DNA from: Candidatus Omnitrophota bacterium
Lineage (GTDB): Bacteria; Ratteibacteria; UBA8468; MWAK01
Reading direction: 5' to 3'
Assembly: GCA_043826355.1 (NCBI GenBank)
Contig: JBDRQI010000005.1
Span: 1-64,000, forward strand
Length of the DNA stretch: 64,000 bases
Position numbers and translations under genes: made by a program. The notes beneath the pieces are model-generated. The model did not search any database. It was given only the letters and a program-made list of their open reading frames with translations, and had not been told where the DNA came from. Below, piece after piece: positions 1 through 10,400 of the stretch (position 1 is the stretch's first letter; every line of letters starts with the position of its first letter).

Positions 1-141
1 CCTTTTCGGAGCATTATACAACACGCGGTCTGCTTGGCAAATTATTCTGGGGGATTACTGGACTACAGGGGGGTGGCTCCTTTGAGCGGAATAGGTGGCT
101 CCTTTACCGGAATGGGTGGCTCCTTTGGACCGGAATACGCA
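1..141 (-). mobile_element. Terminal part (probably left end) of an IS21-family insertion sequence; body lies outside the window
   Basis: Three tandem imperfect copies of GGTGGCTCCTTT..CGGAAT at 72, 94 and 115, ending in ...GGAATACGCA (141), i.e. TGCGTATTCCGG on the minus strand. A TG terminus with repeated subterminal motifs is typical of IS21. Confidence 0.8.
13..40 (-). promoter_or_regulatory. sigma70-type promoter reading into the IS (likely istA promoter)
   Basis: Minus strand TTGCCA-16 nt-TATAAT, followed by CCGAAAAGG at the window edge. Confidence 0.55.
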
Positions 142-327
142 GAAATTTGACGGACACAGGCAAATCGCTCTAAAATGTTGACGGGTACAAAGATTAGCCA
201 CAAAGTGGTGAATAGATTGAGATATATAACGATCCGCAAAAAGTAAAGTGTCTAAAAATGGATTTAATTTACGTATTTTTATTTTTTAAGACTGTTTCTG
301 GTCTAAAAGCAGGAATAATTCAAAAAT

Positions 328-2628
328 ATGCCAGTAAAGAAAATCAAGGAAATAAAAAATATTGACGCTTTTGACCTTTTCAATTGGGTTGGAGATGACC
401 TAAAAAAATACAATTTGGTGTATGGGTGGAATAGGTCTGGAAAAACTACGCTTTCTCGACTTTTCAACTTTCTTGAACGAAAACAAATACACATATCTGA
501 TTTGCTACCGATCGATTTTAATATTCAAACAGAGACAGGCTCTATAAAAAAACAAGATATTAGCACACATACTCTCAATATCAGGGTTTTCAACGAAGAT
601 TTCATAAAGGAAAATCTGCTATTTGATGAATCGAAGGCAAAAAAAATAATAATCCTAGGCAAGGAAAATGTGGCTACACAAAAGGAAATCGCCGATTTTG
701 AGACAAAACGAAGAGCAAAACAAGTCGAGCTTGATCAATTGGAAGGACAACGATTAAAAATGCCGAAACTCGATTCTATTTTTACTGATGCCGGGAGAGC
801 GGTGCCTCGGCAATTTAGCAATACGCCTCTGGCGAATGACGAATATTATGGACGTACTTACGATAAAAGAAAGGTTGAGAACCAAATTAACAATGGCACG
901 GTGAGCGAGGCTAATTTTCTTTCTTTGATAATCCCTGACCAAGCTGACATTGATTCTAAGAGGGAAATTATCAAAAGCGAGAAAAAAAGAATTGAAATTA
1001 ACATATCAAAAATGCCAGATTTTTCTGGCCTTCTTGCAAGCGCAAATGATCTATTGGCGACAACGGTCGCCGTACAAGAGATAGAAGAGTTAAAAGACGA
1101 TGTAGATTTAAGAAATTGGGTTGAAAATGGGTATTACTTACATAAGAATAGGAATCTGAATTCATGTAAGTTTTGTGAAGGACCCTTACCAAATGACCTC
1201 CTCATTAGATTGAGTAGTTTTTTTACCGATGAACTCAAAAAAGCAAAACAACAGATTGGTGAAATAATATTGAAGTTGAGCGGAAATGACTATAAGAAAC
1301 AGGATTTTGGTATTGAACCGAACATACTATTTTCTGAATTTGTCAAAGACTATATCGCAACAAAAAATGAGACGGATAAACAGGGTAAAATAGTAAGTGC
1401 TGCGTTAACAAAGATTATTAAGGATCTTGAAGATAAAAAAAACCATTTGCATAACCATACCAAAAAGTATGCACGTGTTGAATATCCAGAAGAAGCTGTT
1501 GATAAAATAAATACCGGCCTCGCAAAAGTAGAATATTTGGTGAGTCAACATAATAACCGAGTAGACACAATTGCAGAAGGAATTAAGCAAGCGGCGAAGG
1601 AGATCGAACTACATATAATTGCCTCGACTTTGTCCAATAAAGAATATTTTGAGAAGAAAAGACAGATAGAAGAATTTGACCAGGAAATTTCAACTATCAA
1701 AAAAGAATTACTCACAATCTCAGCTGAACTTAAGGTGAAGACGGCATCATTGCACAATACTTCTGAGGCGGTGCAGAAAATAAACATGATGCTTAAGGAA
1801 TTCTTTGGCGAATCACAAATATATCTTGAAGTTACTGAACCAGTGAATGGAGAGGTAGGTTATATATTAAAGAGAAGAGGTAAAGACGCAAAACACCTGA
1901 GCGAAGGTGAAGAGAGTGTGCTCGCCCTTGTTTATTTTCTGATAAAACTTGAAGAGGACGGATGCGATAAGCAGAACTGTTTAATTGTCATAGATGATCC
2001 AGTAGATAGTCAAGACAACATTTTTCTATTTCGCACGGCTGGTTTAGTAAAACGACAGTTGAAGGATATTGGACAGTTGATAATCTTTACACATAACTTC
2101 GAGTTTTTTAATCTTATGCGTGATTGGTTTTTAGGTAGGAACTTGGCAAATGATTCGCAGATGTACCTTATCTCTTGTGATAAAGAAAATGTTGCCCAAA
2201 AAGTAAAGGTTGAAAATCTTCCTGAACTTCTTAAGAAATACAAAAGCGAATATCAATATCTTTTCTGCCGTCTTTACCAATTTGCTAATGACATTAGATC
2301 TTTGGATGAACCGCTTGTCGCAAACATTGCCAGGAAAGTGCTGGAATATTTTGCTGGTTTCAAGTGGTCTTGCAGAACAACAGAAGATTTTACCAGTATT
2401 GTACATAACAGGTTTATAGCCAATCCGAATGATCTCAAAAAGGGCACAGGCGATTTTGTAGTCAAATTTCTGCACGAGTATTCTCACGGACAGGATTTTT
2501 CTAGGGCTATATCAGCATCCATGCTTGAAGGAAAGTCGATAGCCCAAAATGTGCTTAAATTCATTGAATTGGCTGATAGCGAACATTACAACGACCTAAA
2601 AACACTATGTGCACCAACAGCTTCGTGA
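328..2628 (+). CDS. RloC-like AAA_13 ABC/SMC-type ATPase with zinc hook and C-terminal HEPN-like region
   Basis: Walker A GWNRSGKTT, coiled coils around a CKFC hook, signature LSEGE, Walker B IVIDDP, H-loop FTH, C-terminal NIARKVLE...KFLHEYSH. Confidence 0.8.
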   Translation: MPVKKIKEIKNIDAFDLFNWVGDDLKKYNLVYGWNRSGKTTLSRLFNFLERKQIHISDLLPIDFNIQTETGSIKKQDISTHTLNIRVFNEDFIKENLLFDESKAKKIIILGKENVATQKEIADFETKRRAKQVELDQLEGQRLKMPKLDSIFTDAGRAVPRQFSNTPLANDEYYGRTYDKRKVENQINNGTVSEANFLSLIIPDQADIDSKREIIKSEKKRIEINISKMPDFSGLLASANDLLATTVAVQEIEELKDDVDLRNWVENGYYLHKNRNLNSCKFCEGPLPNDLLIRLSSFFTDELKKAKQQIGEIILKLSGNDYKKQDFGIEPNILFSEFVKDYIATKNETDKQGKIVSAALTKIIKDLEDKKNHLHNHTKKYARVEYPEEAVDKINTGLAKVEYLVSQHNNRVDTIAEGIKQAAKEIELHIIASTLSNKEYFEKKRQIEEFDQEISTIKKELLTISAELKVKTASLHNTSEAVQKINMMLKEFFGESQIYLEVTEPVNGEVGYILKRRGKDAKHLSEGEESVLALVYFLIKLEEDGCDKQNCLIVIDDPVDSQDNIFLFRTAGLVKRQLKDIGQLIIFTHNFEFFNLMRDWFLGRNLANDSQMYLISCDKENVAQKVKVENLPELLKKYKSEYQYLFCRLYQFANDIRSLDEPLVANIARKVLEYFAGFKWSCRTTEDFTSIVHNRFIANPNDLKKGTGDFVVKFLHEYSHGQDFSRAISASMLEGKSIAQNVLKFIELADSEHYNDLKTLCAPTAS

Positions 2629-2917
2629 CCAAAAGGTTTACACTAATTGCGTATTACCAAGAGATTTTAATTCCACGGCTTAAAATCTTCTCCAGGGTTC
2701 GGATAGTGTCCCGTAGGGGGAACCAGATGCAACCTATTCGAACCAGATCTTCAGTGTTAATGACCGTCCAAATTTTACACCTCTATCTCTAAAACCTAAC
2801 CGTTGTATTATGCCCATATCTATCTGAAAACGAGCCCACGTCTTCTGCGGCGTACTTGAACAACGGCTTTTCCCCTTACTTGTGCCTCCCATTTTTCATT
2901 TGATGGACCGGGTGCTC

Positions 2918-2953
2918 TTGACAAAAAACATACATTGATATACAATTGTATGT
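2918..2953 (+). promoter_or_regulatory. lexA promoter with overlapping palindromic operator candidate
   Basis: TTGACA (2918-2923), 17 nt, TACAAT (2941-2946); ATG at 2954; palindrome ATACAATTGTAT inside an ACATAC...GTATGT inverted repeat. Confidence 0.7.
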
Positions 2954-3583
2954 ATGAAGAATGAAATGCAATTTACTCAGAAACAGCTTGAAGCCGTGAG
3001 ACATATTAGAAATTGGCTTATGCACAAGGGCCGCACTCCTTCGATCCGGGAACTTATGGCTAATTTGAACTACAAATCCCCGCGGTCGGTACAGGATATC
3101 CTTGAGCAACTTCAAGAGAAAGGGGTTATAAAAAAACTTGAATCCAGGGATTATCAGTTAATTATGGATCCTGATTTTGGTTCAGTACACGCGCAAACCA
3201 TTAATATTCCGCTGGTTGGTGCTGTAGCTTGTGGGACGCCGGTGTTAGCAGAAGAAAACATAGAAGGATTCATTCCTGTTTCTACTTCTCTCGTAAAGCC
3301 AGGCTCAAAATATTTTTTATTGCATGCGCGAGGTAATTCTATGGATGAAGCAGAAATCAATGATGGTGACCTTGTTTTAGTCAGACAGCAACCAACGGCG
3401 GATGAAGGGGATAACGTTGTTGCTTTGATTAATGATGAGGCGACAATTAAAGAATTCCATCGTACCGGAAATATTATTGTGCTAAAACCAAAATCTTCGA
3501 ACAAAGAACACAAGCCAATTATTTTAACTGATGATTTTCAGATCCAAGGCGTTGTTGTAGCAACAATACCTAATTTAGGATAG
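2954..3583 (+). CDS. lexA: LexA-family transcriptional repressor (wHTH + S24 peptidase)
   Basis: TPSIRELM..L...SPRSVQ wHTH; IPLVGAVACG cleavage region; catalytic Ser (GNSM) and Lys (ATIK). Confidence 0.9.
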   Translation: MKNEMQFTQKQLEAVRHIRNWLMHKGRTPSIRELMANLNYKSPRSVQDILEQLQEKGVIKKLESRDYQLIMDPDFGSVHAQTINIPLVGAVACGTPVLAEENIEGFIPVSTSLVKPGSKYFLLHARGNSMDEAEINDGDLVLVRQQPTADEGDNVVALINDEATIKEFHRTGNIIVLKPKSSNKEHKPIILTDDFQIQGVVVATIPNLG

Positions 3584-3590
3584 GATTATT

Positions 3591-4529
3591 ATGATCATAA
3601 CTAAAAAGCGTATTCGAAATATTGATCCGTATATTCAGCACATTCCAGAAGGTTCCAGAATTGTTATTGGCATTGTTGATCTTCAGCGATTTTTCGAAAC
3701 CTTGAAAAAAATCGGTTTTGTCGAACCATACTCAAAAGGGCAATCTCTTCTCCCTGCAGGTGTTTTTGGACCAGTGAGTCTTTATAATGCCGAGGGGAAA
3801 AATATTGCGCATAAAGATGAACCTATGGAAACAGCATATCGCGAGGCAGAATGGCGCTGGACCGAATGGCATGGTCGTTATGATCGGATTGAACAATCAA
3901 AAATCGTCTACGTTCCATACAAAAGATACCCTCGTACATTCGTGAAACCACCAAGCATAGAATTTACAATTAATGTAGGACTAACCGGTCAGTTATTCTT
4001 GACCACTCCTGATATTACAAAGGTAGCGAGAAATAGAGAGCTTTTAACCCACATAGCAAATCTATTCTTAGAGATTTTTGGGGAGTGTCAGTTTTTTACG
4101 GAGAATTTAGAAAAGATCGTTAAACCATCCACTATCAGATTAAACTGGGAAATACTTCCTCGAGGAAAAATGCCCTGGGAACAATTAAAAAAACATATTG
4201 CCCCGCTAATAGAGCAAGCCCCAAAGGGTAACCAATTTGTACTTCTCCATCGTCTGGGAACTATCAATAAGATGAAACCGGATTTTAGGGCTATAGGCAG
4301 AGGGGGTTTCCATGGTTATATAGTCCACGGTTTTACCGAGAATAATATATATATTTTGGAAAGCATGTATTATGGAAATGCTACTTACGTTTTTGGTGAA
4401 ACGTGGGAAGATTTATCCAAGAAAACAAAAGCAGAAATACTAAACCAAGAATTACAAAAAGATAGAATTATTCATTATGAAGGATGGGAAGAAAGAGTTA
4501 AAAATTTGCTTGATTCTCCTGTGCCGTAG
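3591..4529 (+). CDS. Hypothetical protein, operonic with lexA
   Basis: 312-aa ORF with AGGA RBS, 7 nt after the lexA stop; no domain recognised. Confidence 0.75.
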   Translation: MIITKKRIRNIDPYIQHIPEGSRIVIGIVDLQRFFETLKKIGFVEPYSKGQSLLPAGVFGPVSLYNAEGKNIAHKDEPMETAYREAEWRWTEWHGRYDRIEQSKIVYVPYKRYPRTFVKPPSIEFTINVGLTGQLFLTTPDITKVARNRELLTHIANLFLEIFGECQFFTENLEKIVKPSTIRLNWEILPRGKMPWEQLKKHIAPLIEQAPKGNQFVLLHRLGTINKMKPDFRAIGRGGFHGYIVHGFTENNIYILESMYYGNATYVFGETWEDLSKKTKAEILNQELQKDRIIHYEGWEERVKNLLDSPVP

Positions 4530-4612
4530 AAATTTCGTAACAATGTAGATATTCTCGGGTAAACCCTGGGCACTCAAGACAGTTTTTAGAACCATAACAG
4601 GGGGGGTGAACA

Positions 4613-4918
4613 ATGGCATATACGAAAGAACAAATCATTGCTGATATTACAGACTACATAAGCAAGAGTGGTGTTAAATATTGGAATGAAGTATACGTAG
4701 GCGTAAGCAAAGATGTCAAAGACCGCCTATTCAACGGCCATGGCGTTATAGAACAAAGCGATAAGTGGATATATCGGCAAGCTACTTCATCTGCAGTAGC
4801 CCGTGATATTGAATCATATTTCATAAACACGCTTGGCGCAACTGGTGGCACTGGTGGTGGAGACGACACAGCGGACTATGTCTATGCTTATAAAAAAGAA
4901 TCGCATACAGATCCGTAA
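4613..4918 (+). CDS. Small protein with GIY-YIG-like motifs
   Basis: GGGGGTG RBS; YVG-x7-R-x4-H, later ARDIE, C-terminal YVYAY. Confidence 0.6.
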   Translation: MAYTKEQIIADITDYISKSGVKYWNEVYVGVSKDVKDRLFNGHGVIEQSDKWIYRQATSSAVARDIESYFINTLGATGGTGGGDDTADYVYAYKKESHTDP

Positions 4919-5047
4919 CATTCAAGGGAACGGATTGTCATAACAAAGGCATCCTTTTCAAACTAAGAACTGTACGGCTCGAATAAGATACCACAGAGAC
5001 AAGGAAATGCTAAGAATAAAATTGAGATTTAATTACTAAGAGTAACT

Positions 5048-6814
5048 ATGGATAAAACGTGGTTTAAAATGCAGGATTTAATAAAAAAAGAATATGAAAA
5101 GTCTGTATGGATACCCTTGCTTTCTTCTCAAATGTTGAAAAAACATGGAGAAATCGGATATGAAGGATACGAAGAGGAATTTTTTGGCGCAGTTGCCATC
5201 GCGTTTCCAGAAAATAAGAAGAAAGAAGCACTTGAATGTAATTGGTCAGATGTTAGATTAGGACATGACAACGGGCCTTATGCTGATGAAAATGGGTACA
5301 TGGAAGCAGGAAATTTTGAGCATTATAAAAATGGAGTAGAAGGGAAATACTTGGTTTTACAGCAATATTTTGAACATGGAAAGGAAAAACCAGAGTGGCA
5401 TCTTTCCCAAGATTTAATATTAGCCCTAAAATTATGGAGAAAGGGAGATGTATGGGTATCACCAGAAGAAAATTATATAGAAGTTGTGCGTCTAAAAAGA
5501 AACGGAGGAGATAAGCCTGTTTATTTTGAGATAAGAGCAGAACACCTGAAAGATTATTTAGCGGCTAGGAAAGCAGGAATTTTATTGTCTCGTTTTCACT
5601 ATAGACGAACAATAGTCTCGAACTGCAATAAAATTGGTTGGGAAGAAAATTATCAGCAAACAAAGACTCAAGAGCAATTTCGTTGGGAAGGACGCTGTCA
5701 CGCAATTCATGAAGGGAGTTGTTCTCCTTATGGATCTCAAATGGCTGTTTTCCAAGCAGGCAGATTGGACGTAGATTATAACGAAGATGTACCAACTTAC
5801 GATTTCCCTCCCGATGAGAAGGTTTGGAGCGAAAGCAAAACATTGAATTTCAGGGGACGAAAATTATATGTTGTGTCGAGCGAATTATGGAAAACGGAAT
5901 GGATTAAATCAGCTCTTAAAAGTCCTAGGGTTAGGGGTGATAAAATTGAGTCAAAGATACCTTTTATCATTGATAATGAAGGTAACACTTTATGCGCAGA
6001 CGATCTAGAGAAAAGCGTTAGATATTTATGGTTTAAATCAACCGTGGTCCAGGTGATTTTGGCCTACCCCAAAGCAATTTTGGAATGGTATACAAAAGAT
6101 ACTGGACAATTGGGTTTGTTGGGGCGAGCGGTTCATTTTGGCGTTAATTCAGAAGGATTAATAACTGTGTACGCAAAGGATATTGCACTTTTGCCGGAAA
6201 GTGATAAAAAAATCTGGGTTGCACATAATGTTTCTCCGGAAGGTGGAGCATCTAAAGAATTACTGCAATCTCAGATGGAAGCTCGTCCTGCCAGCACTCA
6301 TGCTTCAGAAATTCTTTTAATTGATAGCATGAAGTACTTAGATCAAGTTATTGAAAAAAAATGGGACAAAAAGTTGTTTCTTTTTCATCCCCAAGCAGAC
6401 GAAATTCAAAGAAAAATCCATAGATTCCAAGCGGTAGATTTGCCCGGAGTATGTATATTAGCAAAAGAAATGACGAAATTCATAATAGAGCGGTTCGACT
6501 ACAATTTGTTGAAATCACTCACGTCTAATTTAGACAAAAAAACTGGTTCCTTGAAAAGGTTGGAACGGATATTATGCGACTATGAGCTCAACGGCATGAA
6601 ATTAGTTGCACCATTGGTGGGCATCTATGAATTGCGGAAGCAAGATGCTCATTTGTCATCAGACGATTTCCGAGAAGCGCTTAAATTGATTGAGGTTGAC
6701 GAAGATAAAAACTCCCTGATGATCGGGGAAAACATAATTCTTAAAGTTGCGGAAGGACTCTATATTATTGCGGAACTTCTTTCAAGGAAGCAGGAGAAAG
6801 GCGTGCGGACATAA
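5048..6814 (+). CDS. Hypothetical protein with C-terminal HEPN-like motif
   Basis: 588-aa ORF; helical C-terminus with YELRKQDAH (R-x4-H). Confidence 0.6.
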   Translation: MDKTWFKMQDLIKKEYEKSVWIPLLSSQMLKKHGEIGYEGYEEEFFGAVAIAFPENKKKEALECNWSDVRLGHDNGPYADENGYMEAGNFEHYKNGVEGKYLVLQQYFEHGKEKPEWHLSQDLILALKLWRKGDVWVSPEENYIEVVRLKRNGGDKPVYFEIRAEHLKDYLAARKAGILLSRFHYRRTIVSNCNKIGWEENYQQTKTQEQFRWEGRCHAIHEGSCSPYGSQMAVFQAGRLDVDYNEDVPTYDFPPDEKVWSESKTLNFRGRKLYVVSSELWKTEWIKSALKSPRVRGDKIESKIPFIIDNEGNTLCADDLEKSVRYLWFKSTVVQVILAYPKAILEWYTKDTGQLGLLGRAVHFGVNSEGLITVYAKDIALLPESDKKIWVAHNVSPEGGASKELLQSQMEARPASTHASEILLIDSMKYLDQVIEKKWDKKLFLFHPQADEIQRKIHRFQAVDLPGVCILAKEMTKFIIERFDYNLLKSLTSNLDKKTGSLKRLERILCDYELNGMKLVAPLVGIYELRKQDAHLSSDDFREALKLIEVDEDKNSLMIGENIILKVAEGLYIIAELLSRKQEKGVRT

Positions 6815-6827
6815 AACTAAAGGGAAA

Positions 6828-7445
6828 ATGGAAAAGAAAGCAAAGCTTCGCATCACAGGGGACATTCCAATTGCTGCAAGACAACGCCTCGGCTCGGAAA
6901 TTTCAGCCATTATACCGCTTGAAATTGAGCCGGTTCCATCATTCCGTTCCGCGCTCTCTGACCAACCGTCGTTCATCCAGATAATTGCGTATGTAGCGGT
7001 CTGGACTCCGCTCACTATCGCAGCCAGTAATTTCCTTGCCCAACTCGCAAAACGGGCTGCCGATGACGCTTGGGATCACAAGAAAGAAATAGCCATTAAA
7101 TTGAAAACAAACACAGTCGCATTGCTTAAAAAATTTACTGAGGCGCTCAACAAGGCTCGGCAGGCATCCAATCAAAACCCTTATATAATTGTCGGAATTC
7201 CACTACCAGAGGATCACTTCGGTACAACCTTTCGTTTCCAAGCAGAAGACGAAAATGACATAGCCTGGTTTGTAGCCAATTTTCTCATCAAGGCGGAAGC
7301 AATCGAGAAAGCCATACAAGAGGAAATGGCGGGAGAACATCGACCGTTTGCCTCGATACAGTTACATCTTCAAAAAGACGGCTCTTTAATTATGCAATGG
7401 ATGGACCGGAACGAGTTAAATGAATATAAAAGAAGGATAGAATGA
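6828..7445 (+). CDS. Hypothetical protein
   Basis: ATG at 6828 after AGGG; stop overlaps the next start (ATGA). Confidence 0.65.
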   Translation: MEKKAKLRITGDIPIAARQRLGSEISAIIPLEIEPVPSFRSALSDQPSFIQIIAYVAVWTPLTIAASNFLAQLAKRAADDAWDHKKEIAIKLKTNTVALLKKFTEALNKARQASNQNPYIIVGIPLPEDHFGTTFRFQAEDENDIAWFVANFLIKAEAIEKAIQEEMAGEHRPFASIQLHLQKDGSLIMQWMDRNELNEYKRRIE

Positions 7446-10400
7446 AAATCTTTATCAGTTCCACATACGAAGACTTAAAAAATGAAAGAAGGGAAGTTAT
7501 TGCTACGATAGATCGCGTGGGCCAAGCAATTGCAATGGAGAAATTTTTTTCTTCAAATCACCAATCAAAACATGTTTGTGTGCGCGAATTGCAACAATGC
7601 GATGGCATAATTGTTATCTTGGGCGGTCGGTACGGACATATTGATCCAGAAGAAAAAATTTCCATTACCGAGATTGAATACAACACCGCAAAGAGTCTTG
7701 GTTTAAAATGTTTTGTGTTCATTAAAAAAATTACTGAAAAGGGGTGGAAATCTTGCGAAGTTGACCCAAGCACAAAAACGAAGCATAATCAATTTCGAAA
7801 TAAACTTGAGTTAGAACATTTCAGAAGGGAATTTACTTCTTCAGATGAACTGGGGAAAGAAATTATCGGATCTATCCGTCAATATGAAATTGACCGTGGC
7901 ATATTAGGCGCTCGCGTCTCACCTTTCGTTTCTCCGGAAATTTTCTTCAAACCCTTCTCAAACCCCTCAGGGCTATTTAACCATACTTTTCCTTTGATAG
8001 GACGAACTGATTATTTAAATCGTCTTAAACATTTTGTTTCTTCTTCAAAACGAATATTGATAATGTACGGTCGCGGAGGCATTGGAAAAAGCAAAATCCT
8101 CTTTGAATTCAGCAAGATATGTAGCAAAAATAAATCGAAATGGGGGTTGTTATTTCTCCGCGAGGGAGTTTCGCTTGATAATGAAGCGAGTAAGCAATTA
8201 CCCGCTAAACCTTGTGTAATTGTAGTAGATGATGCGCACCGAAGAAGTGATATAGGTTTTCTTTCTGCAATTGCCATGCAGTATTCCGACAGGATCAAGC
8301 TGATTTTTTCGAGTCGGCCGCAGGGAAAGGACTACGTTCATTCCACGCTACTTCGAGCAGGATTTGATATTTCAGAAATAGAGGAAATTGAAAGCGTTGA
8401 AAACCTCACACACGATGAAGTCAAAAAATTGTCAGAACAGGTACTTGGTCCTAAATTTAGACAGTTCGCCGAATCTTTATTTGTTTCAACAAAAGATTGC
8501 CCTTTAGCCACTGTTGTTGGGGGACAATTGATTTCCAAGAAATTGATTGACCCTAAAATACTTGAGCGTCAAAGTGAATTTCAAGAAATTGTATTCAATC
8601 GTTTTCAAGAAGTGCTATTGGGAGACGATATTTCCAAAAAAATAAAACCTGAACTATGTCGCTCAATTTTGTCGCTTCTCTCAGCGCTTTCACCAATTCC
8701 GGTAAATGACCAAAGATTTCAAAAACAAGCAGCTACGTTTCTAAATGTTCAACCTTTTGAACTAATGGATACTATCGGATTATTGGAAAATAATGGTATT
8801 TTACTACGTAGGGGTTATAAGTTAAGAATTATCCCAGATGTTCTCTCAGACCATATCTTATATAATACGTGTCTTACGAAACAAGGAGACACGACTGGCT
8901 ATGCGAAACAAATATTCGATGCCTTTAGCAACATAATGCCTGAAAACATACTTTCTAATATTGCCGAACTGGATTGGCGAGTTAATCAAGGAGGTAAAAA
9001 AATAGATCTATTCTCAGACATCTGGAGAATAATAGAAAAAGAATTTCATGAAGCATCTAATTATGGGCGTAGTATAATCTTTGAAAACCTGGAGCGCGTT
9101 GCATATTTTCAACCTGCCAGAGTGCTTGCCTTGATAGAAGTTGCTATTCGCAATCCTGCAACAAAACAAGACAAACAGACTATTTTCAAATTAGCGAATT
9201 ATGACCATCAATCCGTTCTTAATAAACTTCCCAATATTCTTCGAAGCATCAGTTATAACTTCGAATACTTACCTCGGTGCTGTGAATTATTGTGGAAATT
9301 AGGACGTGATGATGCGCGACCGACAAATCCTCATCCAGAACATGCTATGAGAGTATTGGAGAGTTTGGCAGGATATGACGTGGGCAAGCCAGTAGCAATC
9401 AGTGCTTCTGTCTTAGAGGCTATGGATAGCGTCTTGAAGCAACCCGAAGTACATCAACATTTTCATTCTCCGTTAGATATTTTAGATGCGTTTCTTTCCA
9501 AAGATGGACTTACCACAAGGTCCGAAGGACATAAAATTCTATGGAAGCCATTTGCAATTAGTTTTAAAAACACGCAGCCCCTTCGAAAAAAGTGCATTGA
9601 GCTAATGAGAATCTATATTTCATCAAAATCACCAAAAGTCGTTCTTAGAACGATTAGAAGTTTAGCGGATGATCTTCGTTCTCCATTAGGATATCTTGGG
9701 CGCCCCATAAGTAAAAAAGAGAAAGACCAATGGTTGCCGGAGCGCCTTGAAATTCTTGAGATATTATCAACCTTAGTTCGGACAACAAAAGAACCGGTTG
9801 TTCATCTTAGCGTTGTATCCGAACTCCAATGGTACGCAAAACATGATAGTCAAGTAAAGATTAGAGCAAAAGCAAGCGAAATAATAGCGGCGGTGCCACG
9901 GGGTTTCGAATTTCGTATTACGCAAGGTTTTTGGAACTGTTACGAAAAAAACTGGGATGGAAACGGAGGTTATGATAAATTTCAAAAACGCATTCAAAGC
10001 GAAATTGAACAGGCTGTTGTAGAGTTCCTGAAACGCTTTCGAACTGCCAAAAAAATATTCTCTTATTTAAACAACAAATTTCAACATTTTCAGAAGTACG
10101 GAATTGAAAACATAAACCCTGTAATATTCTTAAGTAAAATAGCCGAGAAAGACCCTCTGATGACTTATCAAATCTGTAGATTCATAGTGAAGTATCCTTG
10201 TCCATTAGAAATATGTTTCCATTCAATGTTGTATGCCGTACGAAAAAATGATGAACGCAAAACAATATCATTGATTGGCTCTGCAGTAGCAACTGGAAGA
10301 AGAGATTTATGTTTTTCAATTGCGCATGATTATAGATGGGGCTGGCATCAGAATTTTGAAAGGGCAGATGTTGAAATTATAAAGAAATTATTGAAATCTC

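Noticed and set aside
72..141. Three 21-22 bp repeats as a CRISPR array
   Set aside because: No spacers and no cas genes; the pattern fits IS21 terminal repeats.
2653..2690. AGATTTTAA...TTAAAATCT inverted repeat after the RloC-like gene
   Set aside because: AT-rich stem without a clear U-tract; terminator or operator role cannot be supported.
4530..5047. Integron attC sites between the co-directional defence genes (several TAAC motifs)
   Set aside because: No paired R''/R' boxes with hairpins found, and the integrase lacks an evident IntI insertion.
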